A stretch of 64,000 nucleotides of DNA from a virus (Duplodnaviria > Caudoviricetes): the IMG/VR virus record IMGVR_UViG_3300008259_002957. One strand, 5' to 3'. Numbering within the stretch: the stretch's first letter is position 1; every line of letters begins with the position of its first letter. A program made the position numbers and the translations under genes. Below, piece by piece: positions 40,809-49,931 of the stretch. The notes below the pieces were generated by a model, which saw only the letters and a list, made by a program, of their open reading frames with translations, ran no database searches and had not been told where the DNA came from.

Positions 40809-42057
40809 ATTCTGGAATTACCTTTTCAAATGGTCCTTGATTCCTATTTGAATCTAAACGTCTATTAAAGTCAACAGTTTTTGGCCACAAATGACTTAGG
40901 TCTTTGCCTTTTAAGAAATTTATGTTATCGTTGATTTGTTGTTTAGTAATTGAAAGTATAGTAGGATGCATATTCATTATTGGATATGCAGCAATTTCAT
41001 CTTTTAATATTTCTAATTTATTTATAACAACAGTTTTTAGTTCAACAGGTATGCATTGTGCAGACAACACATTGGGATAATTTACACGATGACTATAAAA
41101 CACAATACCCATTTCATTTAAAAAATAAGGTATTGCACTGTCTAGTTGCATTACATTGCCTGCCTGAACTGTAAATGCTCCAACAACATACGGAACGTTG
41201 GGCATACTTTTAATAATCTTAATATTTTCTTCTACTGTTTTAAAATCGCCGTTGCTTCTGATATAATCATATACATCATGTATACCGTCAATAGAAACGT
41301 TTACTTTTACACTTTTAAACCGAGGCCAATAATCGTGAATAGTTCTTCCGCCTTTGATTCCTAGTACAGTACCGTTGGTTGCATATTTTAATTCAATGTT
41401 TTCACCATACGGAGCAAGCATATCAAGTATACGATAATGGCTTGGGTCCATTAGTGGTTCGCCACCTGCAAATTCTACTCGTCTAAAATAAGGTAACAGT
41501 TTTTCTAAGTTAGCCCAAAAATCTTCACGCTCAACAAACAAATCAATATGCGGACGCTTATCTAATCCTAGTTTAGCAACAGCATCGACTAGGTAGTTGT
41601 TTTCTTCTCGATAAAACTCAACGACACTGCTCCAATCCTTCCACTGTGTGCTGTCGAGAGGATTGCACATTCTGCATTTTAAATTACAAAGATTGTTAAT
41701 TTTAATTTCGATAGTAGGAAGTTCAAAAGGCATTGAATAATCGTCATGCAAACTATCAAGTGCAGTTGGATAAAGATTAACTCTACTGTCTGGAAACGTA
41801 TTTTTAATGTGTCGCTGTCTTAGACTTTCTACACCCTGATCTTCTAAATCAAAACAAGGTACGCAAACAGTAGGACGTTCATTGTTTAGCACCTGGCGTC
41901 TTACTTCTCGCATTTGATCGTTGTTCCATATTTCTTCTAAACTTTCGTTTTGAATCCATCCAACTGGTTGACTGCGACAGCAAACTTTAACAGCACCGTC
42001 TTCTCTGGTGGCTAATCCTGTAAACGGATGCATACAAAATGTTTTACTTGAGTGCAT
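40792..42057 (-). CDS. Radical SAM protein (type A)
   Basis: FCMHPFTGLATREDG..KVCC...CVPC; CNLKCRMC; FAGGEP. Confidence 0.9.
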   Translation of the reverse strand: MHSSKTFCMHPFTGLATREDGAVKVCCRSQPVGWIQNESLEEIWNNDQMREVRRQVLNNERPTVCVPCFDLEDQGVESLRQRHIKNTFPDSRVNLYPTALDSLHDDYSMPFELPTIEIKINNLCNLKCRMCNPLDSTQWKDWSSVVEFYREENNYLVDAVAKLGLDKRPHIDLFVEREDFWANLEKLLPYFRRVEFAGGEPLMDPSHYRILDMLAPYGENIELKYATNGTVLGIKGGRTIHDYWPRFKSVKVNVSIDGIHDVYDYIRSNGDFKTVEENIKIIKSMPNVPYVVGAFTVQAGNVMQLDSAIPYFLNEMGIVFYSHRVNYPNVLSAQCIPVELKTVVINKLEILKDEIAAYPIMNMHPTILSITKQQINDNINFLKGKDLSHLWPKTVDFNRRLDSNRNQGPFEKVIPEYAPYV

Positions 42058-42739
42058 GTTTTAATCCCCAGGCTCTTTCTAAACACCAAAAACAATTACC
42101 GCAAATAGGAACAGATTGATAGGGTTTATAATTAGTATAATTTAAATCTTCAAACTCGCCTTCGCAACTTCTAGTTATATCAAATAAATCTACTATTCCG
42201 TTTTCTGCATATCTTCGAACTATCCAGTCTTTTTGAACATTTATAAATGGATGGTGTACAGGAATACCCATATGTATTAAAACGGGAGGTATGACTGGAA
42301 TATTTCTCTCTGGAAGAGCACCGTTGAATATTTCGCTAGGATTTAAATTAACACCAGCATACCATGCATCTAGTTTGTATTTGTGTGCTATGTATTCGTT
42401 ATATGCTCTAAGTATTATTCTGTTACCTGATTTTAATTTTCCATATTCGTCTGGAATTAATGGACTAACAGGTTCTTCTAATTCTGGTGGTACAAAGTTT
42501 GTTAAATGTTCAATACGATTGGTATAGCGGCGTTGAAACCAGTGTACTACGTCTCGTGCAATATATTCTTGCCACGGTCTAGTTTTCCACATTCGTATTT
42601 GTGTAGTAAAGTAAATATCAGCAGATGTATTTTCCATTATGAAATAAGCAAGTAGTGCGCTATCTGCACCACCGCTTAAACTAATACCAATCCTTTGCCA
42701 ATCTTTATTTAAAGGTATTTCCACACCATCTACGATCAT
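42044..42739 (-). CDS. QueC-like PP-loop ATPase (adenine nucleotide alpha-hydrolase superfamily)
   Basis: ISLSGGADSALL; C-terminal TRSCE...CGNCFWCLER (Zn-site pattern of QueC). Confidence 0.75.
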   Translation of the reverse strand: MIVDGVEIPLNKDWQRIGISLSGGADSALLAYFIMENTSADIYFTTQIRMWKTRPWQEYIARDVVHWFQRRYTNRIEHLTNFVPPELEEPVSPLIPDEYGKLKSGNRIILRAYNEYIAHKYKLDAWYAGVNLNPSEIFNGALPERNIPVIPPVLIHMGIPVHHPFINVQKDWIVRRYAENGIVDLFDITRSCEGEFEDLNYTNYKPYQSVPICGNCFWCLERAWGLKHALK

Positions 42740-42743
42740 ACTC

Positions 42744-42779
42744 TATTTAACCTTGCGCTAAAATAGTATACACTAAATA
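42744..42779. promoter_or_regulatory. Back-to-back TAAATA pair, each 4-5 nt before an ATG
   Basis: - strand: TAAATA-GAGT-ATG (42739); + strand: TAAATA-TCTTT-ATG (42785). Confidence 0.7.
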
Positions 42780-42784
42780 TCTTT

Positions 42785-43447
42785 ATGATACAACCAACAA
42801 ATTTAATTGTAAGACAAGAATTAATAGAAAAGATGGCAAGTTTCGACGGCGATGAAATGAAAGTGGTCATCAATGAGCCAACTGGAGATTTTTTTTACGA
42901 TCCTTGGCGTATTAAACCTGAATTTATTGGAACACCGTTTGAAGCGGCACTAAACTTGTTACCCGACGACATTGGAGAAGCACGTATTATTACACTTGAA
43001 AGTGGACGTTGCTACTTTTCGCATAGTGATATTGATGACAGGTATCATTTAAACTTAACAGGCGATTGTGCAGCATTAATTAACATCGAAACACAACAGT
43101 CATATTTTTTAAAACCAGACGGAATTTGGTATGACATGGACGCTGGATCTTTACATTCGGCAGTAAACTTTGGACAACATGATCGTAAGCAGTTGGTTGT
43201 AAGAAAGTTATTAACAAAAAATAAATTAAAAATACCTATAAATGTTTTTATTAGAGCAACAGGAAAAAATGCAAGATTTGTTTTTGACAATACAATTAGT
43301 CCTTGGCTTAACCGTGCAAATAAAAGAGGTATTATAACCGACTTTGAACATAGTCTATCAAAAGTCTATTTAAAAGTCGAAGAAGAATTTAGCAGCGAGT
43401 TAGAAAAAATAATTCCTGAAGAGTTTGAATATGACTTCGATTATTAA
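42785..43447 (+). CDS. Fe(II)/2OG oxygenase, AspH-like
   Basis: EARIITL...SHSDIDDRYH (HxD)...LHSAVNFG...RKQLVV. Confidence 0.75.
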   Translation: MIQPTNLIVRQELIEKMASFDGDEMKVVINEPTGDFFYDPWRIKPEFIGTPFEAALNLLPDDIGEARIITLESGRCYFSHSDIDDRYHLNLTGDCAALINIETQQSYFLKPDGIWYDMDAGSLHSAVNFGQHDRKQLVVRKLLTKNKLKIPINVFIRATGKNARFVFDNTISPWLNRANKRGIITDFEHSLSKVYLKVEEEFSSELEKIIPEEFEYDFDY

Positions 43448-44111
43448 TTGGAGACCGTTTTTAAAATATCACGACGGACAACTAGGAATGGCTCAACAAA
43501 CATACGAACCATTAATAAGTCCAGACGGTAAAACATTTTGTGCAAACTACGATTGGCGTAATCGATATCAACGTATGAATTCAGAAAGACCATTATATAC
43601 AAAAGAAGTGTGTGATTATTTTTTTGAACAAGAAGTAAAATATATAAATCTTTTTAGCAGTAAACCATACGCACCAGAGGTTGTAGACATTGATGAAAAA
43701 CATAAACGCATTTTTATAAAATGGTATAATAATAATTGTAATCATTCTATATACGGTGATATGCGTTTAGATTTACAATGGTATGATATGATAAAAGATA
43801 TTGTTACGGATCAATACAACACAGGTTATTATAAATTAACAATGTACCCTCACTGTCACTATATTGACAATCACGATAATATGAGAGCAATAGACTGGTA
43901 TGGAGTTGTTCCGATTGATCGTCCATACATAGAAGAACGATACATGCAAGCAATTATTCATGACTCTGCACGTTTTAGACTAGAGGAAACCGGGGAAACA
44001 AAAGATAATCTTATAGATTTATCTATAATGTTTAAACGCAGTTTAGAAACTCATGTACTTTGGGGTAAAAGCAACATGAGTTACATATACAAGGAAATTT
44101 TTAATGGCTAG
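43431..44111 (+). CDS. Kinase-like fold protein with non-canonical catalytic loop (paralog of 47888..48598)
   Basis: FEQEVKY...APEVVDID...GYYKLTMYPHC...AIDWYG; the layout is kinase-like but HxD..N is absent. Confidence 0.45.
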   Translation: MTSIINWRPFLKYHDGQLGMAQQTYEPLISPDGKTFCANYDWRNRYQRMNSERPLYTKEVCDYFFEQEVKYINLFSSKPYAPEVVDIDEKHKRIFIKWYNNNCNHSIYGDMRLDLQWYDMIKDIVTDQYNTGYYKLTMYPHCHYIDNHDNMRAIDWYGVVPIDRPYIEERYMQAIIHDSARFRLEETGETKDNLIDLSIMFKRSLETHVLWGKSNMSYIYKEIFNG

Positions 44112-44673
44112 TTATTTTGGAACAACAGAAGGCATTATCGATTGGGACAGTGTTGTTGAACTTTGTATAAACAGCAACGACGGTGACAGAAATACACCAA
44201 GTGCTGTTATTGCTAGAAGCGAGTCCGAAGCAGAAGGATTTTTACTAGACAACTATCACGAAGTATTAGGGGTGTGGATTAACGCTGGATACAATTTAGA
44301 TGAAATTGTTTGGAGTGATTATTATCCAGGACATCATTTTGATATCAGCGTTCAAGATAACTTTGCTGATTTAGTAAATGCAGATCCGCTTCGTGTTTTT
44401 GTAAGTGAGGTACTGCCAGGTCGCAATGTTCCGTATCATTGGGATGTAGAAGATCACGAGCAAGAATGGCTAGAGCAAGGTGCTATTGAACGTTGGGTCT
44501 GTTTTATAGACAAACCACGTTGGGGAAGTGTTCTAATTTTGGAAGATACTGCGTTTCACGATATTCCGCAACATAAAATTTATAAATGGGACCATTATAG
44601 AAGTTGGCATGCCGGAACTAACTGCGGAATACATCCACAATATCTATTTCATTTTGTAGGAAGACCGAGATGA
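44104..44673 (+). CDS. Fe(II)/2OG oxygenase-fold protein
   Basis: VPYHWD (HxD)...WHAGTNCG. Confidence 0.75.
   Translation: MASYFGTTEGIIDWDSVVELCINSNDGDRNTPSAVIARSESEAEGFLLDNYHEVLGVWINAGYNLDEIVWSDYYPGHHFDISVQDNFADLVNADPLRVFVSEVLPGRNVPYHWDVEDHEQEWLEQGAIERWVCFIDKPRWGSVLILEDTAFHDIPQHKIYKWDHYRSWHAGTNCGIHPQYLFHFVGRPR
44604..44631 (+). repeat. 28-nt direct repeat, copy 1 (copy 2 at 45149-45176)
   Basis: TTGGCATGCCGGAAC(T/C)AACTGCGGAATA, 27/28 identical. Confidence 0.9.
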
Positions 44674-45206
44674 CTGTAAATTACATAGGAAATTGTAAAC
44701 ATATCAATTGGGATGTGGTGATTGAAGATTGTGCAAATACAACTCCTGCATACGTAGGACCTAGCCATAAACGTGGTGACAATCTGCCTGACCTTGATGT
44801 AATATTAGATATGTGGGATGCAGCAGAGTATAAAACTGTAGCAGAAGGTGGTACTGTTGGGTGGGATATGTTTTTACCTGGGCAGCAATTTGATCAAAGT
44901 GTAATTGATAAGTTTGTTGAATTTTTTGAAATTCCAAATTACAAAACTGCGTGGATTAGCAGAATTAACATTGGAAGGTTTGCTCCGATACACTGGGATG
45001 TACATGACGACGAAGCAACATTAGGCGATACCTGTAGATATCACTGTCATATTGGTAAGCCGGAGTGGGGGCATGTGTTTATCGCCGACAAAAAGTGTTT
45101 TTATAATGAAGAACAAGGATCAACCTATCGTTGGGATAGCAGGAGATATTGGCATGCCGGAACCAACTGCGGAATAACTCCTAAGTATCTTTTAAATTTG
45201 TGGTGA
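44670..45206 (+). CDS. Fe(II)/2OG oxygenase-fold protein (tandem paralog of 44104..44673)
   Basis: APIHWD...WHAGTNCG. Confidence 0.75.
   Translation: MTVNYIGNCKHINWDVVIEDCANTTPAYVGPSHKRGDNLPDLDVILDMWDAAEYKTVAEGGTVGWDMFLPGQQFDQSVIDKFVEFFEIPNYKTAWISRINIGRFAPIHWDVHDDEATLGDTCRYHCHIGKPEWGHVFIADKKCFYNEEQGSTYRWDSRRYWHAGTNCGITPKYLLNLW
45149..45176 (+). repeat. 28-nt direct repeat, copy 2
   Basis: Matches 44604-44631 with one mismatch. Confidence 0.9.
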
Positions 45207-45210
45207 ACCG

Positions 45211-46086
45211 ATGGAAACAGGTGTAATTAAATGGTATAACGATGCAAAGCGTTATGGGTTTATTGTAGCAGACAATGACAACGCTTTAGTTATTGTTGAA
45301 CAAGATAGCATACAGCACGAACCGCAGGTGTTATTTGAAATGCAAACTGTTGAGTTCAATAGAGAGCAAGACGCCGAGTATGGTGCAATTGCTAAAGATG
45401 TTAAAGTTATTGGAAAAACAGACAGAAACCCAAAAGAGTTCCTTGAAGATTTAGGTACCGATGTAAATGTAGTAACATATCTTGATATTCCTAGTATTGT
45501 GGTTTTTGAAAATGCGTTGCCAGTTGAAATTTGCAATGCGATTATTGCAAAACATGAACGAGATAAAATGAATCCAAACAGTGGAGCAGAATCACGTCGT
45601 GAAAGTTTTGCACAAGTAACTGAATTAGTTGAGCAACGTGGAATTAGTTTAGGCATGGATCCTCGACATTATGATATAGTTGCAAGTACAATTGTAAAAT
45701 ATGCTGAAATACCTTTTAGCCATATTGAAGCCTGTGATATTTACAATTATGAAACTGGACAGTTTTTGGATCTTCATCACGATTATCCGTATGATCCAAG
45801 ACAGATTAATTATTACAAGCACGGCGGCGATAGAGTAGGATCCGGAGTATTTTATCTCAACGATAACTTTGTTGGCGGAGAAACAAACTTTCCTAAATTG
45901 GGTGTATCGGTAACACCAAAAGCAGGCTCGTTCTTATATTTTAAACAGTGTTACGATGAAGAAACCAATTGGAGCACAATACACGAAAGTAAAATTATCA
46001 CAGAAGGAACAAAGTGGGTGTCGGCATGTTTCTTTTCTGATCAGCCTAGAGTAGGTTATAATTCTCGTACGGAGTTAGAAAAATGA
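45211..46086 (+). CDS. Cold-shock domain fused to a prolyl-4-hydroxylase-like 2OG-Fe(II) oxygenase
   Basis: N-terminal GVIKWYNDAKRYGFI; C-terminal YETGQFLDLHHD...YLND...GGETNFP...IHES..I..GTKW. Confidence 0.85.
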   Translation: METGVIKWYNDAKRYGFIVADNDNALVIVEQDSIQHEPQVLFEMQTVEFNREQDAEYGAIAKDVKVIGKTDRNPKEFLEDLGTDVNVVTYLDIPSIVVFENALPVEICNAIIAKHERDKMNPNSGAESRRESFAQVTELVEQRGISLGMDPRHYDIVASTIVKYAEIPFSHIEACDIYNYETGQFLDLHHDYPYDPRQINYYKHGGDRVGSGVFYLNDNFVGGETNFPKLGVSVTPKAGSFLYFKQCYDEETNWSTIHESKIITEGTKWVSACFFSDQPRVGYNSRTELEK

Positions 46087-46262
46087 GCGAACCGGTTATT
46101 ACAGACGAGTTTTATTTAAAAAAGTTCATGCAGTTACAACAAGCAAATGTGGTGCTGTGGAGAAAATTACACAATATTAAAGAAAATGAAGATCTCAGAG
46201 CAACTATTGAAACTTATTTAGGCGACGACTTTTTTAATAACTTAGATGACTTAGTAGGATGA
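46083..46262 (+). CDS. Small hypothetical protein (59 aa, not in the ORF track)
   Basis: MSEPVITDEFYLKKFMQLQQ...DDLVG*; ATGA overlaps at both ends fill the gap exactly. Confidence 0.65.
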   Translation: MSEPVITDEFYLKKFMQLQQANVVLWRKLHNIKENEDLRATIETYLGDDFFNNLDDLVG

Positions 46263-46729
46263 CAGTACACGTTGTAGGACATAGTCGAGGCTTAGGTGAA
46301 TACCTCTATCGTGCATTTACAACAGATATGCACGATGTTAGAGGTTATAGTAGATCCAATGGTTATGATTTAGAAAAAGATATTGCTAAGATTTGTTTTC
46401 AAGTAGAAGTCGATGATATTGTTATCTTAAATGCATATGCAAACGGAACACAAATTGACTATTTAAAATCGTTAGAAAATTCTCATGCAAACATTGTAGT
46501 TATGGGCAGTATTGCATCTATATACCCCGACCCAGACGATTTAGTTTATAGTCAGCACAAAAACACATTAGAATTGTATTTTAATAAGATTTCTGCAGAA
46601 CCTAAACACCCTATGCTATATCTAAGACTCACAGGTACATCCTACAATGATTACAAACTTGTTTACGATAGTATAAAGATTTGGTTAGCAAATCCTAGAA
46701 TTACCACAATAGGTTACAGTGCATTATGA
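46259..46729 (+). CDS. Short SDR-like oxidoreductase
   Basis: VVGHSRGLG; ILNA; VVMGS; YSQHK (YxxxK); 156 aa. Confidence 0.7.
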   Translation: MTVHVVGHSRGLGEYLYRAFTTDMHDVRGYSRSNGYDLEKDIAKICFQVEVDDIVILNAYANGTQIDYLKSLENSHANIVVMGSIASIYPDPDDLVYSQHKNTLELYFNKISAEPKHPMLYLRLTGTSYNDYKLVYDSIKIWLANPRITTIGYSAL

Positions 46730-47337
46730 AAGTAGCAATTACTGGACACACCGCAGGCATTGGAAAAGAATTATACAATTATTTTAGTAGAAAAAATGCC
46801 GAAGTAATTGGCATGAGTCGCAGCAACGGCTACGACTTAGAAACGTCGGTTGACAGCATAATTGAAAACGCAAAAGACTGTGATATTTTCATTAACAATG
46901 CATATAGAGACGGGAAACAATTAGAACTGCTAAACGGCTTGTACAAGCATGTTCATAGAATAGTTGTTTGCGGATCTGTAAGTAGATTCTATCCTGAACT
47001 TATTTTAACAGATTATGTACATGACAAGCAAGCATTAGCAGAGCGTTGCAAGATGTTAAGTTTAGCACCAGACGGAGTTGCTAATATTTTACATCTTGAT
47101 TTAAGTTTTGTTGAATCAACAAATGTTAATCTAAACGATCCGTTAACTTTTACAAGCGACAACTTTATTAAGTATACGGAAATAGTTTCTGCCGTTGATT
47201 TTTGGTTGCATAATCCTAAAATTAGACAGATGGAATTTGTTTGGAAATTAACGCCATTTGTTTATGACCAATTAAAACGAGCAAATCCAGATCATACAGA
47301 ACTTGACAAACTTTATAGAGAAGTTTTAGATCTATAG
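46726..47337 (+). CDS. Short SDR-like oxidoreductase (tandem paralog)
   Basis: ITGHTAGIG; SRSNGYDL shared with the previous gene; FINNA; YVHDK. Confidence 0.75.
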   Translation: MKVAITGHTAGIGKELYNYFSRKNAEVIGMSRSNGYDLETSVDSIIENAKDCDIFINNAYRDGKQLELLNGLYKHVHRIVVCGSVSRFYPELILTDYVHDKQALAERCKMLSLAPDGVANILHLDLSFVESTNVNLNDPLTFTSDNFIKYTEIVSAVDFWLHNPKIRQMEFVWKLTPFVYDQLKRANPDHTELDKLYREVLDL

Positions 47338-47921
47338 TCGTCTAGTGCTGTTCTTGCTTCGGGCCACCAATGTTCGTCCATCTGACGATAAAATTCATCA
47401 ACATTCATACGCCAAAAACTTTGAATAGCACCTCTGTATTCTAAGTCAACGGGTTCTTCTAATACGCCCGCTTTTTTAAGCCCTGGGCAATACAGTCTAT
47501 GAACGTACTTTTGTGTTCCTGTATCGTTTTCGTTTGAACTTATGTATAGGTCTTTGTCTTTGCCTGCCCACTCGACGCACAATGGTAATAGCAACTGTGC
47601 TGTTAAATTTTGATGCCGTGCAATAATAGTATTTGCTGTTCTTAAAGTTTTACGTTGCCCAGTTAAATCGTCAAAGGTACAAGTTCTAGCAGCAATACGA
47701 TATGCATCACCTAGTACTCCTAGTTCTTCTAAACTGTGTGCAGCAATTGAGCCTACAACTTGATCGTTGTAGTAAAGGATCCATACTTGCCAACGGTCCA
47801 TATGTAACCAAGTGTCAACTAGTTTTTCTTTACTGTCGTTATTATAAAATCCTCTTTCGCGAGCAAGACTATAATAATCAGTTAAATCTAAATCGTTGTT
47901 GTATGTTTGTATATGGAACAT
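47313..47921 (-). CDS. Hypothetical protein, possible GNAT-fold acyltransferase
   Basis: WILYYNDQVVGSI...YRIAARTC layout suggests GNAT beta-strands (weak). Confidence 0.35.
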   Translation of the reverse strand: MFHIQTYNNDLDLTDYYSLARERGFYNNDSKEKLVDTWLHMDRWQVWILYYNDQVVGSIAAHSLEELGVLGDAYRIAARTCTFDDLTGQRKTLRTANTIIARHQNLTAQLLLPLCVEWAGKDKDLYISSNENDTGTQKYVHRLYCPGLKKAGVLEEPVDLEYRGAIQSFWRMNVDEFYRQMDEHWWPEARTALDDYRSKTSL

Positions 47922-48598
47922 GCTTCATCCATTGCATCGGCAGGAAAGTCTGTTTTAAAACTTTCAAATGCTAACATTTGTATATCAAAAAAAGAAGTAG
48001 GTTTGTCTACATCAATACCTAACCTAGTCATTTTTGGTAACAGGTCATTTCTTCTATTAATACTAATATGACTCATTACATCTGTCAAACTAATTGTTTT
48101 GTCATTTTTGTCATACGCAAAAAAATAATTAATGCTTTTTAGTTTTCCGTCTACAACAAAGTAACTGCTTGGGTGCATACTGTATTTGTAAATTCCGAGA
48201 CTGGCATGTGCTTGAATAATTTCCAACATTTGTTCTTGCCAGTTGGGTAAAACTTTATCATAATTATTTTGAGAACACTGTGCTTGTTCCCAAAAATCCG
48301 TCCCATCTATATCAAAGTATATTTTTTTGTTTATGTGATCTACAGTGTCGATTGTTGGAACATGCTGGGGATAATGTCTGGCCATAATAGTTAAAAATTT
48401 AATTTCTCTGTGCCACTTTTCTTCCATTAACCGTGGATCAACAACTTCATTGTGTCCGCTGTGATAATTCTCGTCGTTGTAATACCATTGACAAAAAGTT
48501 TTGCGATCTTTTGAAATTAGGCTAGTGTATATAAGATTGTTTCTGCACAATCCTTTTCCTGGTACATTATTATAATAGTACTCAAACTGTGTATTCAT
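47888..48598 (-). CDS. Kinase-like fold protein with non-canonical catalytic loop (paralog of 43431..44111)
   Basis: LISKDRKTFC; HREIKF; VPTIDTVD; GIYKYSMHPSS; KSINYF. Confidence 0.45.
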   Translation of the reverse strand: MNTQFEYYYNNVPGKGLCRNNLIYTSLISKDRKTFCQWYYNDENYHSGHNEVVDPRLMEEKWHREIKFLTIMARHYPQHVPTIDTVDHINKKIYFDIDGTDFWEQAQCSQNNYDKVLPNWQEQMLEIIQAHASLGIYKYSMHPSSYFVVDGKLKSINYFFAYDKNDKTISLTDVMSHISINRRNDLLPKMTRLGIDVDKPTSFFDIQMLAFESFKTDFPADAMDEACSIYKHTTTI

Positions 48599-48603
48599 AA
48601 CAA

Positions 48604-48619
48604 TAATTAGCGATAAGTA
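48604..48619. promoter_or_regulatory. Back-to-back variant late elements (TAATTA on -, TAAGTA on +), each 5 nt before an ATG
   Basis: - strand: TAATTA-TTGTT-ATG (48598); + strand: TAAGTA-TGTTT-ATG (48625). Confidence 0.55.
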
Positions 48620-48624
48620 TGTTT

Positions 48625-49440
48625 ATGATTAGAGGAATTGGCACAAAACCGTATATCGACTTGGATCCTTACTTGGATATAGAAGGATTTAAAAATCTGC
48701 ATCCAGAAATTGCCAAGGGTTTTGCACTAGCAAGAGACTATGCAAAAGAAGGCACATGGATGACTCCTGGGTTTGATTGGAAAGATGCAAGTTATATTGT
48801 CAACTGGAAACCAATTTATAGTGCAGTTGAAGAATATCTAGCACTACCAGAAACACATCCTATACGTGTCACAGGCGATCCTATGTATTTTACAGATTTA
48901 AAAGATTTTAGAAATCGCAACATTTTTACACGTTACTTAAAAACCACAATGGGTGCAAATGACCCTTACACTTATTATTTTTTATGGGATCAGGGTGATT
49001 GGAATGAACGCAATGCTGAACGCCAAAAAACTGTAGAGTCGAAGTACTTTCCGGGTGTTGTTAAATGGGTGGAAGAATTACAGCACACAGGAATCATCGA
49101 CAGAATCGGAAGAGTAATATTTTTTCATTGCGATCACAACGGCAGAGCATTTGAGCATAGAGACTTGGACGCACGTAACGGTGTGTTAGGCGATCATCAA
49201 TATACTCCACACAACAATGAATTTATTCACATTCGTTATAGAACAAAGCGTGGATTCTATATTTGGGATCCGGATACAGAAAACAAATATTATATAAACG
49301 CTAATGCTGCATTTTGGAATGATCAAGACTGGCACGGCGGAGAAGAAAGCAAAGAAATTGAGTATGGAATGAGAATTGACTGTAAGTTTAGCAATTCATT
49401 TCGCGAACAATTGGGTATTGATCATTTGGAGCACTATTGA
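48625..49440 (+). CDS. Fe(II)/2OG oxygenase-fold protein
   Basis: GRVIFF...FEHRD (HxD)...DWHGG...RID. Confidence 0.65.
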   Translation: MIRGIGTKPYIDLDPYLDIEGFKNLHPEIAKGFALARDYAKEGTWMTPGFDWKDASYIVNWKPIYSAVEEYLALPETHPIRVTGDPMYFTDLKDFRNRNIFTRYLKTTMGANDPYTYYFLWDQGDWNERNAERQKTVESKYFPGVVKWVEELQHTGIIDRIGRVIFFHCDHNGRAFEHRDLDARNGVLGDHQYTPHNNEFIHIRYRTKRGFYIWDPDTENKYYINANAAFWNDQDWHGGEESKEIEYGMRIDCKFSNSFREQLGIDHLEHY

Positions 49441-49931
49441 TTTATCGAGGTAATTTTGCAAACTGGATCAATCCTACGTGGAGAGAACTTGTCCTAAACA
49501 CAGTAGGACAAGCAAGACCCAGAGATTGGCCTCCGGAAACTGCCGTTGAAAGTGCTGAATATTGCAAGGCTCGAGATGCAGGATACGATTTAACAGCAAC
49601 GCACTGGTGGGTATACGAAGAACACGATTTAAATATTAAAATAAGTCCGCCTTGGTGTACTGGAAAAACTGAATGGTGGATCACAAAGTTAATGCCTGGT
49701 CAATTTATGCCGATGCACACAGACCCATTTACACATTATGAAACTTGTAAACGATATTGGGTGCCATTACAAGACTATCAACCCGGGCATTTGTTTGTAT
49801 ACGGAAATTTAGTATTAACAAAGTATTCTGCTGGCGACGTATATGAATACATTAACAGTCAAGATATTCATGGCGCCGCCAATATAGGACATATGCCAAG
49901 AGTAGTGTTGCAGGTCACTGAATATGAGTAA
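49437..49931 (+). CDS. Fe(II)/2OG oxygenase-fold protein (related to 44104 and 44670)
   Basis: LMPGQFMPMHTD...IHGAANIG..PRVVLQV. Confidence 0.8.
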   Translation: MIYRGNFANWINPTWRELVLNTVGQARPRDWPPETAVESAEYCKARDAGYDLTATHWWVYEEHDLNIKISPPWCTGKTEWWITKLMPGQFMPMHTDPFTHYETCKRYWVPLQDYQPGHLFVYGNLVLTKYSAGDVYEYINSQDIHGAANIGHMPRVVLQVTEYE

